A DNA stretch of 64,000 nt. Source: an uncultured delta proteobacterium. GTDB lineage: Bacteria > Myxococcota > Myxococcia > Myxococcales > Myxococcaceae. The translations under genes were made by a program, and so were the position numbers. Where the stretch lies: positions 768,001-832,000 of the forward strand of contig CAVQKE010000003.1 of the NCBI GenBank assembly GCA_963713045.1. Direction: 5' to 3'. Positions 18,817-31,244 of this stretch are shown here, in pieces. Positions within the stretch are counted from its first letter, which is position 1, and every line of letters begins with the position of its first letter. The notes below the pieces were generated by a model. The model searched no databases and was not told where the DNA came from. It worked only from the letters and a program-made list of their open reading frames with translations.

Positions 18817-19998
18817 ATGGAGACCTCCGCCCTACCGCCCCGCCGCAGCCTTCGCCGGCGTGCCATTTTGTTGGGCACTCTGTGGCTGTCGCTGCTGGTG
18901 TTGGGGCTGGTCTTTCGTTCGGCGCTGTTGCCGCTGGTGGGGGCCGCGCTCATCGCCTACCTGGTGGCTCCTTTGGCGCGGCGGCTGGAGCGCATGTCCG
19001 TTCTCGGCCGGAGGCTTCCCCGGGCAGTGGCCATCCTTCTCATTTACACCGCGTTTTTCGGTGCGGTGTACCTCTTCGCGGTGGCCATCGTCCCCCAGTT
19101 GTACCGCGAGTTGACCCGCATCAGCGGCAATGCGGTGGCCTTCGCTCAGTCGCTGACCCCGGACCGCATTCAGCAAATGGCGCAGGACACCGAGGAGTGG
19201 TTCGCCCAGCGCGGCATCCCGGTGGCCCTGTCTGAGCGCGCGCTGGAGGGAACCGACGCCGATGCCGAGAACCCCCGCCCGTCCTGGAGCGTCCAGTTTG
19301 ACTTGGAACGACTGATTCGAAGCCTGGCTGGACGTTTTTCCGGACTGGTGCGCGACAACGTCGGGAACCTGGTGGACGTCACCCGCTCGGTCGTGACGGG
19401 GGTGTTCGCCGGCGTCTTCACCTTTTTCATGATGCTGTTTCTGGCGGCGTTCCTTTCCATCGACGCCGTCGCCATCCGTCGGTACGTCTGGACGCTGGTG
19501 CCGCCGGAATGGTTTGAGGACGTGCGGGGCCTGGTCGAGCGCATCGACCGTTCTTTGGCCGGGGTGGTGCGTGGACAAGTCACCATCTGTCTGGTCAACG
19601 GCGCCCTGACCTTCGCCGGACTGGTGCTCTTCGGGGTGAAGTTCGCCTTCCTCTTGGCCACCATCGCCACCCTCTTCAGCCTGATTCCCATCTTCGGCAC
19701 CATCCTCAGCTCGGTTCCCATCGTCGCCGTGGGGCTATCGCAGAGCTGGCGCACCGGACTGGCGATGTTGCTGTGGATCATTGGCATCCACGCCCTGGAG
19801 GCCTACGTCCTCAACCCCAAAATCATGGGCAGCGCGGCGCGCATCCACCCCATTGTGGTGGTGGTGGCGCTGGTGGCCGGCGAGCGGAGCTACGGACTCA
19901 TCGGCGCGCTGGTGGCAGTGCCGGTGGCCGCCGTCCTGGTGGCCTGTTTCGACTTCGTCCGCCAGCGAGCGCAGCCCAGTGCGGAGAGCGCGGCGTAG
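18817..19998 (+). CDS. AI-2E family transporter
   Basis: Multi-TM; RGQVTIC, LIPIFG, E.YVLNPKIMG, IHP...G..GAL.AVP. Confidence 0.92.
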   Translation: METSALPPRRSLRRRAILLGTLWLSLLVLGLVFRSALLPLVGAALIAYLVAPLARRLERMSVLGRRLPRAVAILLIYTAFFGAVYLFAVAIVPQLYRELTRISGNAVAFAQSLTPDRIQQMAQDTEEWFAQRGIPVALSERALEGTDADAENPRPSWSVQFDLERLIRSLAGRFSGLVRDNVGNLVDVTRSVVTGVFAGVFTFFMMLFLAAFLSIDAVAIRRYVWTLVPPEWFEDVRGLVERIDRSLAGVVRGQVTICLVNGALTFAGLVLFGVKFAFLLATIATLFSLIPIFGTILSSVPIVAVGLSQSWRTGLAMLLWIIGIHALEAYVLNPKIMGSAARIHPIVVVVALVAGERSYGLIGALVAVPVAAVLVACFDFVRQRAQPSAESAA

Positions 19999-20044
19999 CC
20001 GCACAGCAAAGCGGCCGCCCTGAAGCTGATTCCGCCCGGGGCAG

Positions 20045-21646
20045 CTAGCGGTTCATTGAACCGAGGAATTCGGCGTTCGACTTGGTCGGCCGCATGTGCT
20101 TCAGCACGAATTCCATGGCGTCGATGGGCGTGAAGGGATGCAACACCTGACGCAGCGCCGTCACTCGCACCAAGTCCTCGGGGCGTAGCAGCAGCTCCTC
20201 CTTGCGCGTCCCGGATTTGTTGATGTCGAGACAGGGGAAAATCCGCTTCTCCATCAGCTTTCGGTCGAGCACAATTTCCGAGTTTCCGGTGCCCTTGAAT
20301 TCTTCAAAAATGACTTCGTCCATTCGGCTGCCGGTGTCGATGAGCGCGGTGCCGATGATGGTCAGGCTCCCCCCCTCTTCAATGTTGCGGGCCGCGCCAA
20401 AGAAACGCTTCGGCTTGTGGAGGGCGTTGGCATCCACGCCGCCGGACAGAATCTTCCCCGAGGGCGGCACCACGGTGTTGTAGGCCCGCGCTAGCCGGGT
20501 GATGGAGTCGAGCAGAATGCAGACGTCGTGCCCCTGCTCCACCAGGCGCTTCGCCTTGTCGATGACCATTTCGGCCACCTGGACATGGCGGGTGGCTGGC
20601 TCGTCAAAGGTAGAGGAGACGACTTCGCCGCGCACGTTGCGCTCCATGTCCGTCACTTCCTCGGGGCGCTCGTCGACCAGAAGAACAATCAGCACAATCT
20701 CTGGATGGTTCTTCGCCACGGCGTGGGCGATGTTCTGCAGCAGCACCGTCTTGCCGGCCTTGGGTGGGGCGACAATCAGGCAGCGCTGTCCCAGACCGAT
20801 GGGGTCAAAGAGGTCAATGATTCGCGTCGTCATCTCCGAGCCGTCGTGCTCGAGCATCAGCTTGCGCGTCGGATACAGCGGCGTCAGGTTGTCGAAGAGA
20901 ATTCGCTCTCGGGCCTCGCTGCTGTTGGGGTCGACGAAGTTGACCCGCTCCACCTTCTGCAGGGCGAAGAAGCGCTCCCCCTCGCGCGGCTGGCGGATGG
21001 AGCCGGTGATGGTGTCGCCGGGCCGCAGCGCGAAGCGGCGGACCTGGCTGGGACTGACGTAGATGTCGTCCGGGCTGGGCTGGTAGTCGCTGTCGGCGCT
21101 GCGCAAGAAGCCGAAGCCATCCGAGAGCAGCTCGAGCACCCCCTCGGCATGGACCTCGAACTTCTTATCCGCGATGCCGGAGAGGAGCGCGAAGATGAGC
21201 TCCTGCTTCTTCAGTCCTTGGGTGCCCTCGATGCCTGCGTCGTGGGCCATTTTGCCGAGCTCGGTCATCTTCATCCGCTTCAAGTCATTGAGGCGGAGGA
21301 CCTGCATCGGCGTGCCGTCCGGACCCAGCACGGTGGCCGCGGCCAGCCGCTCCTCGGCCAGCGGACTGACCGCCGGGCGAAGCGCGGCCAGCGCCGGGGA
21401 CTCCTCGGCGTCCGGCCCATGCAAGTCGTCGTCCCGGACGGGCCGGCTGATGGCGGTCAGCACCGGACGCACCGGGCCGGCCTCGGGCGCTGGCGTCTCG
21501 GGGTCGGCTTCGCCCCGGGCGGTGCGGCGAGGCTCCTCTTCGGGGCTGCGCTCGCGCCGGCGGCGGGGGCGTGGCTCCGCGGCGGTCTCCGCGACGAGGT
21601 CAGACTCGGTGGATGGTTTCTCTTTGCTGATGCGTGCTTTGGGCAT
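20045..21646 (-). CDS. rho: Transcription termination factor Rho, with an N-terminal extension
   Basis: [52 protein letters not shown]. Confidence 0.98.
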   Translation of the reverse strand: MPKARISKEKPSTESDLVAETAAEPRPRRRRERSPEEEPRRTARGEADPETPAPEAGPVRPVLTAISRPVRDDDLHGPDAEESPALAALRPAVSPLAEERLAAATVLGPDGTPMQVLRLNDLKRMKMTELGKMAHDAGIEGTQGLKKQELIFALLSGIADKKFEVHAEGVLELLSDGFGFLRSADSDYQPSPDDIYVSPSQVRRFALRPGDTITGSIRQPREGERFFALQKVERVNFVDPNSSEARERILFDNLTPLYPTRKLMLEHDGSEMTTRIIDLFDPIGLGQRCLIVAPPKAGKTVLLQNIAHAVAKNHPEIVLIVLLVDERPEEVTDMERNVRGEVVSSTFDEPATRHVQVAEMVIDKAKRLVEQGHDVCILLDSITRLARAYNTVVPPSGKILSGGVDANALHKPKRFFGAARNIEEGGSLTIIGTALIDTGSRMDEVIFEEFKGTGNSEIVLDRKLMEKRIFPCLDINKSGTRKEELLLRPEDLVRVTALRQVLHPFTPIDAMEFVLKHMRPTKSNAEFLGSMNR

Positions 21647-21784
21647 GACGGGCGTTCGCCAGAAGGGCCATGCCCAACTGCAAAGGGCGTGACCTGCTGC
21701 GTGGCGAGCAGTACAAGAGCTGCGGAACGGGTTGGAAACCGAGGCCCCTGGAACGCAAGCAAGCGCTCCGTACCCCGGTGTTAG

Positions 21785-23863
<2,079 letters not shown>

Positions 23864-23879
23864 GTCCTGTCTTCGACAA

Positions 23880-24161
23880 ATGTCGCAGCGACGCATCCAC
23901 GTCATCCTCGCTGGACGAGTCCAGGGAGTCTTCTTCCGGCGCAGTGCGGTGGACGTCGCGGAGCGGCTGGGCCTGTCCGGCTGGGTGAAGAATCGCCCCG
24001 ACGGCCGGGTGGAGCTGGAGGCGGAGGGTCCCGACGAGGCGCTGGATGCCCTTCTCGCTTTCTGCCGCCGGGGCCCGCAGGGGGCCCGGGTGGACGAGCT
24101 GGTCGTGGTACACCATGCGCCTCGCGGCGAGGCGGGCTTCCGGGTGAGGGACGGGGAATGA
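23880..24161 (+). CDS. acyP: Acylphosphatase
   Basis: GRVQGVFFR, GWVKNRPDGRVE, GP..ARV. Confidence 0.95.
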   Translation: MSQRRIHVILAGRVQGVFFRRSAVDVAERLGLSGWVKNRPDGRVELEAEGPDEALDALLAFCRRGPQGARVDELVVVHHAPRGEAGFRVRDGE

Positions 24162-24565
24162 GCAGCGGGTTGCCAGAGGCGCTGGGCATCCGCGCCGGAG
24201 CGCGCATGGCCGTGGTGGAGCCGCCCACCGGCTTCGCCGAGGCGCTGGAGCCGCTGCCGGAGCGGGTGCAGCTGCTTCCTCTCTCCGAGCCCGGCTTGGA
24301 CGTCGTCGTCTTCTTCACCCGCGATGCCAAGCACCTGGTGTCGCGGATGCCCGCCCTGGTGCGGGCTCTGGCCCTGTCCGGCCGGCTGTGGATTGCCTGG
24401 CGCCCGGACGCCACCCCGGCCCTGGATGAGGTGCTGGTGCGCCAGGTGGGCTTGGAAGTGGGGCTGGTGGACGACCGGCGCGCGCAGCTGTTGCCGGAGT
24501 GGACCGGGCTCAGGCTTCGGTGGCGTTCGCGTCCCCGGGTGGAGCGACCCTCACCCCGGGCATAA
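24158..24565 (+). CDS. DUF3052-like protein
   Basis: L...LGI, LWIAW, VR..GL..GLVD, W.GLRL; ATGA overlap with acyP. Confidence 0.75.
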   Translation: MSSGLPEALGIRAGARMAVVEPPTGFAEALEPLPERVQLLPLSEPGLDVVVFFTRDAKHLVSRMPALVRALALSGRLWIAWRPDATPALDEVLVRQVGLEVGLVDDRRAQLLPEWTGLRLRWRSRPRVERPSPRA

Positions 24566-24600
24566 GGTGGCCTTTACAGACGGCTCCGGCTGTACCATGT

Positions 24601-25000
24601 TGTGCTGGAAAGGACTGCCCCCACGAAAGGGTCCATCCCCCGGCTTTTGGGCCGGGCTCCCTTGCAAGGGCACAGACGTCCAAATTTTTTAGACGGGTCG
24701 TTTTTCCCCCCGCTCTTGTCCAGTTCGGCAGTCGCCCTGACGTCAGGGCCCGGGCCGAAAGCAAGCCGCCAGGGAAAGCCAAAACCGCAATCCGGGAGAC
24801 TCCAAAAAGCGGAGCTTCCGCATTGCCTTCGGGAGTTGACGAGCGCGTGACCACACTGCCCCCAGGTACCGAGGCCGGACAGGCCGAAGGGCCCCTCGGC
24901 GCAGCTGGCACGCCCACTCCCCTCGCGCAGACGCGAGCGCCGTCCGCCGTTTCCCGTCCGGTGGGTGCCGCCCCGCGCCGTGTGCAGGCAGGGTTCAAGA
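24601..25000 (+). ncRNA. Candidate structured 5' leader of the RNase E/G gene
   Basis: About 400 nt with no credible ORF; nested complementary stems and A-rich linkers (see findings). Confidence 0.5.
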
Positions 25001-27186
25001 ATGAGCAGCATTCTGGTTATCAACGCGGCTGGCCGCGAGACGCGGGTCGCGCTCGTGGAAAGTGGCGACATCGCGGAGTTTTATCTCGAGCGTAAGAAGG
25101 ACAAGGGCATTGTCGGCAACATCTACAAGGGGCGCGTCGTTCGCGTGCTTCCGGGGATGCAGGCCGCCTTCTTGGACATTGGCCTCGACAAGGCCGCCTT
25201 CCTCTATGTTAGCGACGTCGTCTATGACCCGGACTTCGCGCGGGCCGCTTTCGAGCTGACCGAAGGCGAGCACGAGGACGACGTTCCGGAGGTGCCTGAG
25301 GGAGGCGAGCTTTCGCCCAACGGCACTGGCGACGGCGAACATGGCGCCTCCGCCGGCGAGACGCCTGCCACGGACGAGGGCGGCCCGCTGCCCCTGGGGC
25401 CGGCCGAGCTGGTGCAGGATGCTTCAGCCGAAAGCCATGGCGAGAGCCAGCAGAAGGCCGCCGCCGAGGGGAGCGGCGAGGCGCCGGCCCTCCCAGCGGC
25501 CGACGTGCCGTCCATCGGCGGCGCGGTTGAGACACCCGCCGCCGCGCCCGCGGGACTGGACGCTGCAGCGGCGCCGGCGGACGCTCCGGGGCCGAGCCTT
25601 TTGCAAGTGTCGGCGGCGGTGGCGGAGCCGGCGGCGGTTGGGGAGCACCGCGCCCCGCGGGAGGAGCGTGGACGGAGCCACCCTGAACGGGGGGGCGGCC
25701 GGGCATCGGGAGGAACGCACGCGGGAGGAGGAGAAGGCCCGGACGCGGAAGTCGGCGCGCATCGAGGACCTACTTAAAGTCGGGCAGGAGGTGGTGGTGC
25801 AGGTGTCCAAGGACCCGATTGGGACCAAGGGCGCGAGGCTCACCTCCCACATCAGCATCCCGGGGCGCCATCTGGTCTTCATGCCCACCGTGGACCACGT
25901 GGGAATCAGCCGCCGCATCAGCAATGAGAAGGAACGGCGGCGCCTGCGGGAGACGGTGGACCGCCTGCGGCCACCGGGGACCGGCTTCATCGTCCGCACC
26001 GTCGCGGAAAACGTCCCCCAGGCCAAGCTGGAAAGCGACATCCGGTTTTTGATTGAAATTTGGAACCAGGTGGTGCGCCGCAATGAGCGGCGCGGCGGTC
26101 CGGGACTGATGCACCCGGATTTGGACCTCATCCTGCGGGCCACCCGGGACCTCTTCGCCCAGGACGTCGAGCAGCTGGTGGTGGATGACCGGGAGGAATA
26201 CCAACGCGATTCTCTCCTTCGTCTCGGCGCAGGACCCGGCGCTGGCCTCCCGGGTGGTGCTGCACGACAGCGAGGAGCCGGTGTTCGACGCCTATGGCAT
26301 CGAGCAGGAGCTTCAACGGGCCGCCCAGCGCAAAGTGTGGCTGAAGAGTGGTGGCTACCTCATCTTCGACCAAGCCGAGGCGCTGACGGCCATCGACGTC
26401 AACTCCGGGCGGTACGTCGGCAAGAAAAGCCTCGAAGAGACCATCACCAAAATCAACGTCGAGGCGGCCAAGGAGATTGTCTACCAGCTGCGGCTGCGCA
26501 ACATCGGCGGAATCATCATCTGCGACTTCATCGACATGGAGAAGCCGCAGAATCGCGACAAGGTCTTCAAGACGCTCCAGGAGGCGCTGGGCCGCGACAA
26601 AGCGAAGACCAACGTGCTGCGCATCTCGGAGTTGGGCCTCATCGAAATGACGCGCAAGCGGGTGCGCGAGTCCTTGGGCCGCATCATCCACGAGGACTGC
26701 AGCTACTGCGGCGGCGAAGGCGTCGTGAAGACGGTGACCACCGTGGTCTACGACATTTTCCGAGAGCTCCGCCGCGAGGCTCCCAACCTGCGCGATCCGA
26801 CTCTGGTGGTGAACTGCAACGGCGAGGTGGCCCGGGTCCTCCAGGGGGAGGAGCGCGAGGAACTCCGCCACCTGATGGACCGTTTCAACAAGTCCATTCA
26901 AGTGCGGCCACAGAGCAGCTACCACCGCGAGCAATTCGACCTCTACGCCCGGACCGTCAGCGGCGAGGACCATCGCGTCGCCACCTCGCAGACGGCCTTG
27001 CGTCAACAGGAGGGACTCGGCGCCCCGCCCGAACGCAGCGAGCCGCCGCCCAGGGACGGTGGTGGCGGAGGCGGCCGAGGGCGGCGCCGCGACCGAAAGC
27101 GCGACCGCCGCGAGGGAGGCCCCCCGCAGGGCGGCCGGGCTCCGCCCCCCGCCAAGCCACCCGCGGGAGCTCCGCCAAATTCCTGA
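25001..27186 (+). CDS. rne: RNase E/G family endoribonuclease, split over three frames by two +1 indels (~25690-25703, ~26208)
   Basis: GNIYKGRV.RVLPGMQAAF (S1 domain), acidic insert, QVSKDPIGTKGARLT, GFIVRT, LTAIDVNSG, QLRLRNIGGIII.DFIDM, CxxC. Confidence 0.92.
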
Positions 27187-27217
27187 GCAGTTGCAGCCGC
27201 TTGTCTCCCGGCGACGC

Positions 27218-27245
27218 TTGCAACCCGGCTTGAGCATGCTAGGCT
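27218..27245 (+). promoter_or_regulatory. Putative sigma70 promoter for ihfB (extended -10)
   Basis: TTGCAA-N16-TAGGCT with TG one base upstream of the -10. Confidence 0.5.
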
Positions 27246-27316
27246 TCCCTGGGAGTGCAACCCCTGCCGTCCGGTGGGGGGTGCCCTCGCGGCGTCCCTC
27301 GACTGGGGAGTTCGCC

Positions 27317-27646
27317 ATGCTCAAAAGCGACCTCATCAACATCTTGGTGGCCAAGCGCGGCATCACCCAGAAGCAGGCCGAGGCCACGGTGGAGACCATC
27401 TTCGAAGCGATGAAGGAGGCGCTCTGCCGCGGGGAAAACATTGAGATTCGCGGCCTTGGCGCCTTCCACGTGAAGAATTACGACGGCTACCAGGGCCGAA
27501 ACCCGAAGACGGGCCAAGTCATCCCGGTCAAGCCGAAGCGAGGCCTTCTCTTCCGGACGGGCAAGGAATTGCGCGACCGCGTGAACCGCGCTTCCGGCAG
27601 CAACCCTTCGCCCTCTGAGGGCGGCGGCACCAGCAGCGCCGCCTGA
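27317..27646 (+). CDS. ihfB: Integration host factor beta / HU family protein
   Basis: MLKSDLI, IEIRGLGAF, GRNPKTG, FRTGKELRDRVN. Confidence 0.92.
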   Translation: MLKSDLINILVAKRGITQKQAEATVETIFEAMKEALCRGENIEIRGLGAFHVKNYDGYQGRNPKTGQVIPVKPKRGLLFRTGKELRDRVNRASGSNPSPSEGGGTSSAA

Positions 27647-27822
27647 GGGCTTCCCCCAGAAAGGCCGCCTCGGTGCTGTCCACCCCCTTGGAAAACGGGT
27701 GGTGGCGAGGCAGCGCCCGGCGCCTGCACGGACAGCGGCTGGGCTGGCCAGCCAGGGAAAAATTGCCCGCTCAGCAGACCCGACCGACACTGCCCGGCGC
27801 CGACGCCAGCTTCCTGTGCCCC

Positions 27823-28155
27823 ATGCGCCTTCCCTCCCTCCAAGTGCCAGAGGTTCCGCAGCGGACGCACCCGCGCGTCCCGGCTGGCTTTGCGGTGGAG
27901 GTCCGCACCCAGGAAGGCTCGGCCTGGGTGGCCCAGGCCCGAGACCTCTCCATGGCCGGGCTGTTGTTGGTGGGGTTCGCCGCCCAGCCAGGCGAAGTGC
28001 TGCAGCTGGCGGTCTCCCTTCCGGGGGACATGGTCCGCGCCTTCCGCGGACGCGTCACCCGCCTGCACCCCGAAGGGGTGGCCGTGGAATTCGAGCGCCT
28101 CGACTGGGATGACCTGTTCGCGCTGGCGCGGTTTCTCCACCCCCGCCTGCCCTGA
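27823..28155 (+). CDS. Single PilZ-domain protein
   Basis: RTHPR and DLSMAG motifs; G.V.R...GVAVEF. Confidence 0.85.
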   Translation: MRLPSLQVPEVPQRTHPRVPAGFAVEVRTQEGSAWVAQARDLSMAGLLLVGFAAQPGEVLQLAVSLPGDMVRAFRGRVTRLHPEGVAVEFERLDWDDLFALARFLHPRLP

Positions 28156-28173
28156 GAACCGGCCGCGGTGGCC

Positions 28174-28560
28174 TTAGCCCTGCCGCGCTCGGTGTCGGTC
28201 CACCAACTCCATCAGCTCCGCGGCCCGGAAGGGCTTGTGGATGTAGCCGTTGGCTCCGGCTGCCAGGGCAGCCTCCACGTCTGCCTTCTTCACTTTGGCA
28301 GTCAGCATGTAGAGGGGGATGCCGGCGGTCGCTGGGTCCGCCTTCAGCATCCGGCACACCGTGACGCCGTCCATCAGGGGAAGCACCACGTCCAACAGAA
28401 TGAGGTGAAAGACTTGGGTCCGGGCGCGCTTCAGCCCTTCCACGCCGTTGGCGGCCGTCTCCACCTCCACCGGACCGTCATGCAGCATGCTGCGGACAAG
28501 CTCGCGGATGACGGGCTCGTCCTCCACCACCAAAATGCGGAAAGGCGCCGGTTCGCTCAT
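28174..28560 (-). CDS. Single-domain response regulator (CheY-like)
   Basis: ILVVEDE, LLDVVLP.MDG, MLTA, GANGYIHKPF. Confidence 0.95.
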   Translation of the reverse strand: MSEPAPFRILVVEDEPVIRELVRSMLHDGPVEVETAANGVEGLKRARTQVFHLILLDVVLPLMDGVTVCRMLKADPATAGIPLYMLTAKVKKADVEAALAAGANGYIHKPFRAAELMELVDRHRARQG

Positions 28561-28665
28561 CGAAGCTGCAAGTACCTCTAGCCCGGGCGGCCCCCAGGCC
28601 GCCAGCGACTCGCGGGGCGGTCCAAGGCCACCCACGCCACCCAGGCCGGCTGGAGGTTGTCCCCC

Positions 28666-29412
28666 CTAGGGAAGCGCTGAGTCGTCGATGCGGGCCAAGT
28701 CCTTTTGCTGGGCCCAACCCTCGAGTCCATTCGGCAGTCGCAGCGCGACGAAGGAGCCGGAGGAGGCCAAAAGGCGCACTTCACTTCCGGCGTGAAGTTC
28801 AAAGGCCACCTTGCTGCCTCCCTCGGGTGTTTCCCGGACGGGAAGCGTCTTGGCCAGCACCACCCCCTCGTGCACCGTCTCTGCAACGAAGACGTGCGCC
28901 AGCAGCAGTCCGGCACCAGGCAGCGCCAGCACCAGCAACAGCCCGGCCGCGGCCGCCATCTCACGGCCGGGGCGCAGGCCTCGAAGCGCCAAAAGCAGAA
29001 AGGCGAGGGCCCAGGGGATGAGAAAGGCCACCGCCGCCGCGGTGGAGCTGGTGGCCGCCACCAGACGCGCCACCATCCCCTCGTCTCCCGAGGCGCCCAC
29101 CACCTGGTCGACGACGCGGCCGCGGGCAATGGAGAGGTTGGCGTCGACGTCCGGACCGCCTCCGTGCCGGCGCGCCCGCTCGAGGAAGAGGACCGCTTCC
29201 CCCAGCTTGCCTTGGGCGAGCTCGGTCGTGCCGAGGTTGAATTCGACGTCTGGGCCGCCCATGCCGTGCTCCAGCAGCTTGCGGAAGGAGGCCTCCGAGG
29301 CACCGACGTCGTCTCGCCCGTAGGCCTCCACCGCCTCGGCAAAGAGGCCGCGCGCCTCGGCCGGGGAGTAGTTCACCTGGCTGAGTAAAAGGGTGAGGAG
29401 AAGGGCACTCAC
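28666..29412 (-). CDS. batE: BatE-like TPR + SH3 protein
   Basis: TPR (FNLG...G.LG.A...LERA), two TM helices, SH3b (F.LH.G.EV....LPNGLEGW). Confidence 0.82.
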   Translation of the reverse strand: MSALLLTLLLSQVNYSPAEARGLFAEAVEAYGRDDVGASEASFRKLLEHGMGGPDVEFNLGTTELAQGKLGEAVLFLERARRHGGGPDVDANLSIARGRVVDQVVGASGDEGMVARLVAATSSTAAAVAFLIPWALAFLLLALRGLRPGREMAAAAGLLLVLALPGAGLLLAHVFVAETVHEGVVLAKTLPVRETPEGGSKVAFELHAGSEVRLLASSGSFVALRLPNGLEGWAQQKDLARIDDSALP

Positions 29413-31244
29413 GGCCAGCCCTCCAGAACGCCCTCGGCCGTGGCCAACAGCGCCCCACGGTCGAGGCGGACTGCACCCGGGGCGAAGCGCACCGCATCGC
29501 AGCTGTCCAGCACGCTGGCAGCACCCTCCACCACGGTTTCCGGGGCGCCGGCGGTCTTCAGTTTCTGCCGAAGGCCCTCGCGCGTCAGCCCGGAGAGTCC
29601 CACTGCCAACCGCGCTTCGAGGAAGCCCATCACCGCGCGCTCCACTTGCTCCGAGAAGGCGATGTCCGTCCCGGAAGTTCGCAGCCGGGAGGCTGCGGCC
29701 AGTCGGCCCCGCGCGGCGCGCGCCCCGCGGCGCTGCTCGCTGGCCGGGTCCCGCCGCGCACGGCGCGCCTGCAGCAGGCCCACCAACGACACCAGCAGCC
29801 AGCTGGCCGGTGGGACCAGGGCCGCGGCGATGAAGACCGGGCGACGCCAGACTGCCCTCGGGGTCTCGAAGTGCGGCTCCAGCCGCAAGGGACGCAGGGC
29901 CCCGGCCGGAAGCACGTTGCGGACGGTGTCGGGCAGCACGGTCGGCCCGGCAGCGCGGAGCGCTCCTGCCTCGCCAGGTTTGACGGTGAGGCTGAGGGCC
30001 TCGGTGTGCACCGTCTCATAGCGACGGGACTCTGGGTCGAAGTAGGAGAAGCTGAGCGGAGGAATTTGGAAGGTGCCGGTCTGCTGGCCCATGACCAAAT
30101 ACTCCTGGCTGCGCTTGCCCTCGATTCGCTCGTGGCTCGCGCTGATGTGCTCCTGGGAGGTGGGCTCGTACAGCTTGAGCGCCGCAGGCGCCGTGGCCCG
30201 AGGAAGCTGCACTTCCTTCATGTTGCCTTGGCCTTCCAGCACGACGCGCAGGGTGACCGGAGAGCCAAGTTCGGTGCTGGAGGAGGACAGTTCGGCCGAA
30301 AGCTGGAAGTTTCCGACGTTGGCTGGCTGAAAGCCTGCCGGTGCGCCGGGCGGCAACGGCTTCACCTTGAGGGTGAGGGGGTTTCCAACCAGGTGCTCGC
30401 GGCGCCCTGCGAAGAGAAAGCCGGTGGTGAGGTCGATTTCTGCCGGCTCCAGTTCGCGGGTCCCCGGCCGTGTCGGGAAGAGGGCCTCCCGCTTGATGAG
30501 GGCGGCACGGTACGGCACGTCGTTCACGGTCCGCGTCTCGTACGTCAGGTTGCCGGGATTCTGGATTTCTTCCGTCCAGAAGCCGTCGAGGTTGGGCAGC
30601 TTCTCGTTGCTCACCACCGAGACGTCGACGCGGGTATACAGCCACCAAGACAGCGTCACCTGCTCACCGACGTAGACTTCCTTGCGGTCCACTTCGCTGC
30701 GCAGAAAGAGGTCGCTCTCGTTGCGGGGGCGCGAGGCATCGCGCTCCCGTTGGCGCAGCGCAGCGAAGGGGTCCTCCGCGTCCGGGAAGGGTGAAGGGAA
30801 ACCGGGCATCATGTTCGGGCGCTGGCCGAAACCCGGCGGAGGGCCAGGCACATGCGTCTTTCGCACTGTCAAGGTGACCGGGTTACTGCGCACCACGCCC
30901 TCCGGGGTGCGCAGCTCCACCGCGGGCAGGGTCAGTTTCCCAACGCGGGTGGGACGCAGGGTGATGGTGAGGGTCAGCTCCTGGCGGATGACCGGACCTC
31001 CCGACCCCAGCTGAATGGTGCTCGACATGCCCCGCTGGGTGCCAAGCACTTCGACGCCGTCGAAGGGCGGCAGCTGGAAGTCGGCTCCCCGGGGGGCGTT
31101 GGTGGCCCGCACCGTGAGGACGAAGGTGTCCATCACGCCGACCTCGCTGCGGTCGGCTTCGGCCTGGACGTCGACTGCGGCCGATGCGGCGCTCGCGGCC
31201 AGGAGCCCCAACAGTGCGCCCCAGGCGCTACCAGTCCTTCTCAT
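29409..31244 (-). CDS. batD: BatD family protein
   Basis: Signal peptide; repeats such as VYVGEQV, VGNF.L, G.GN, F.IPPLSFSYFDP; C-terminal TM helix. Confidence 0.88.
   Translation of the reverse strand: MRRTGSAWGALLGLLAASAASAAVDVQAEADRSEVGVMDTFVLTVRATNAPRGADFQLPPFDGVEVLGTQRGMSSTIQLGSGGPVIRQELTLTITLRPTRVGKLTLPAVELRTPEGVVRSNPVTLTVRKTHVPGPPPGFGQRPNMMPGFPSPFPDAEDPFAALRQRERDASRPRNESDLFLRSEVDRKEVYVGEQVTLSWWLYTRVDVSVVSNEKLPNLDGFWTEEIQNPGNLTYETRTVNDVPYRAALIKREALFPTRPGTRELEPAEIDLTTGFLFAGRREHLVGNPLTLKVKPLPPGAPAGFQPANVGNFQLSAELSSSSTELGSPVTLRVVLEGQGNMKEVQLPRATAPAALKLYEPTSQEHISASHERIEGKRSQEYLVMGQQTGTFQIPPLSFSYFDPESRRYETVHTEALSLTVKPGEAGALRAAGPTVLPDTVRNVLPAGALRPLRLEPHFETPRAVWRRPVFIAAALVPPASWLLVSLVGLLQARRARRDPASEQRRGARAARGRLAAASRLRTSGTDIAFSEQVERAVMGFLEARLAVGLSGLTREGLRQKLKTAGAPETVVEGAASVLDSCDAVRFAPGAVRLDRGALLATAEGVLEGWP

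Noticed and set aside
24566..25000. RNase P RNA, tmRNA, SRP RNA or tRNA in the long intergenic gap
   Set aside because: No GAGGAAAGTCC, no tRNA-like TTCGA arm with CCA end, and no SRP loop motif seen
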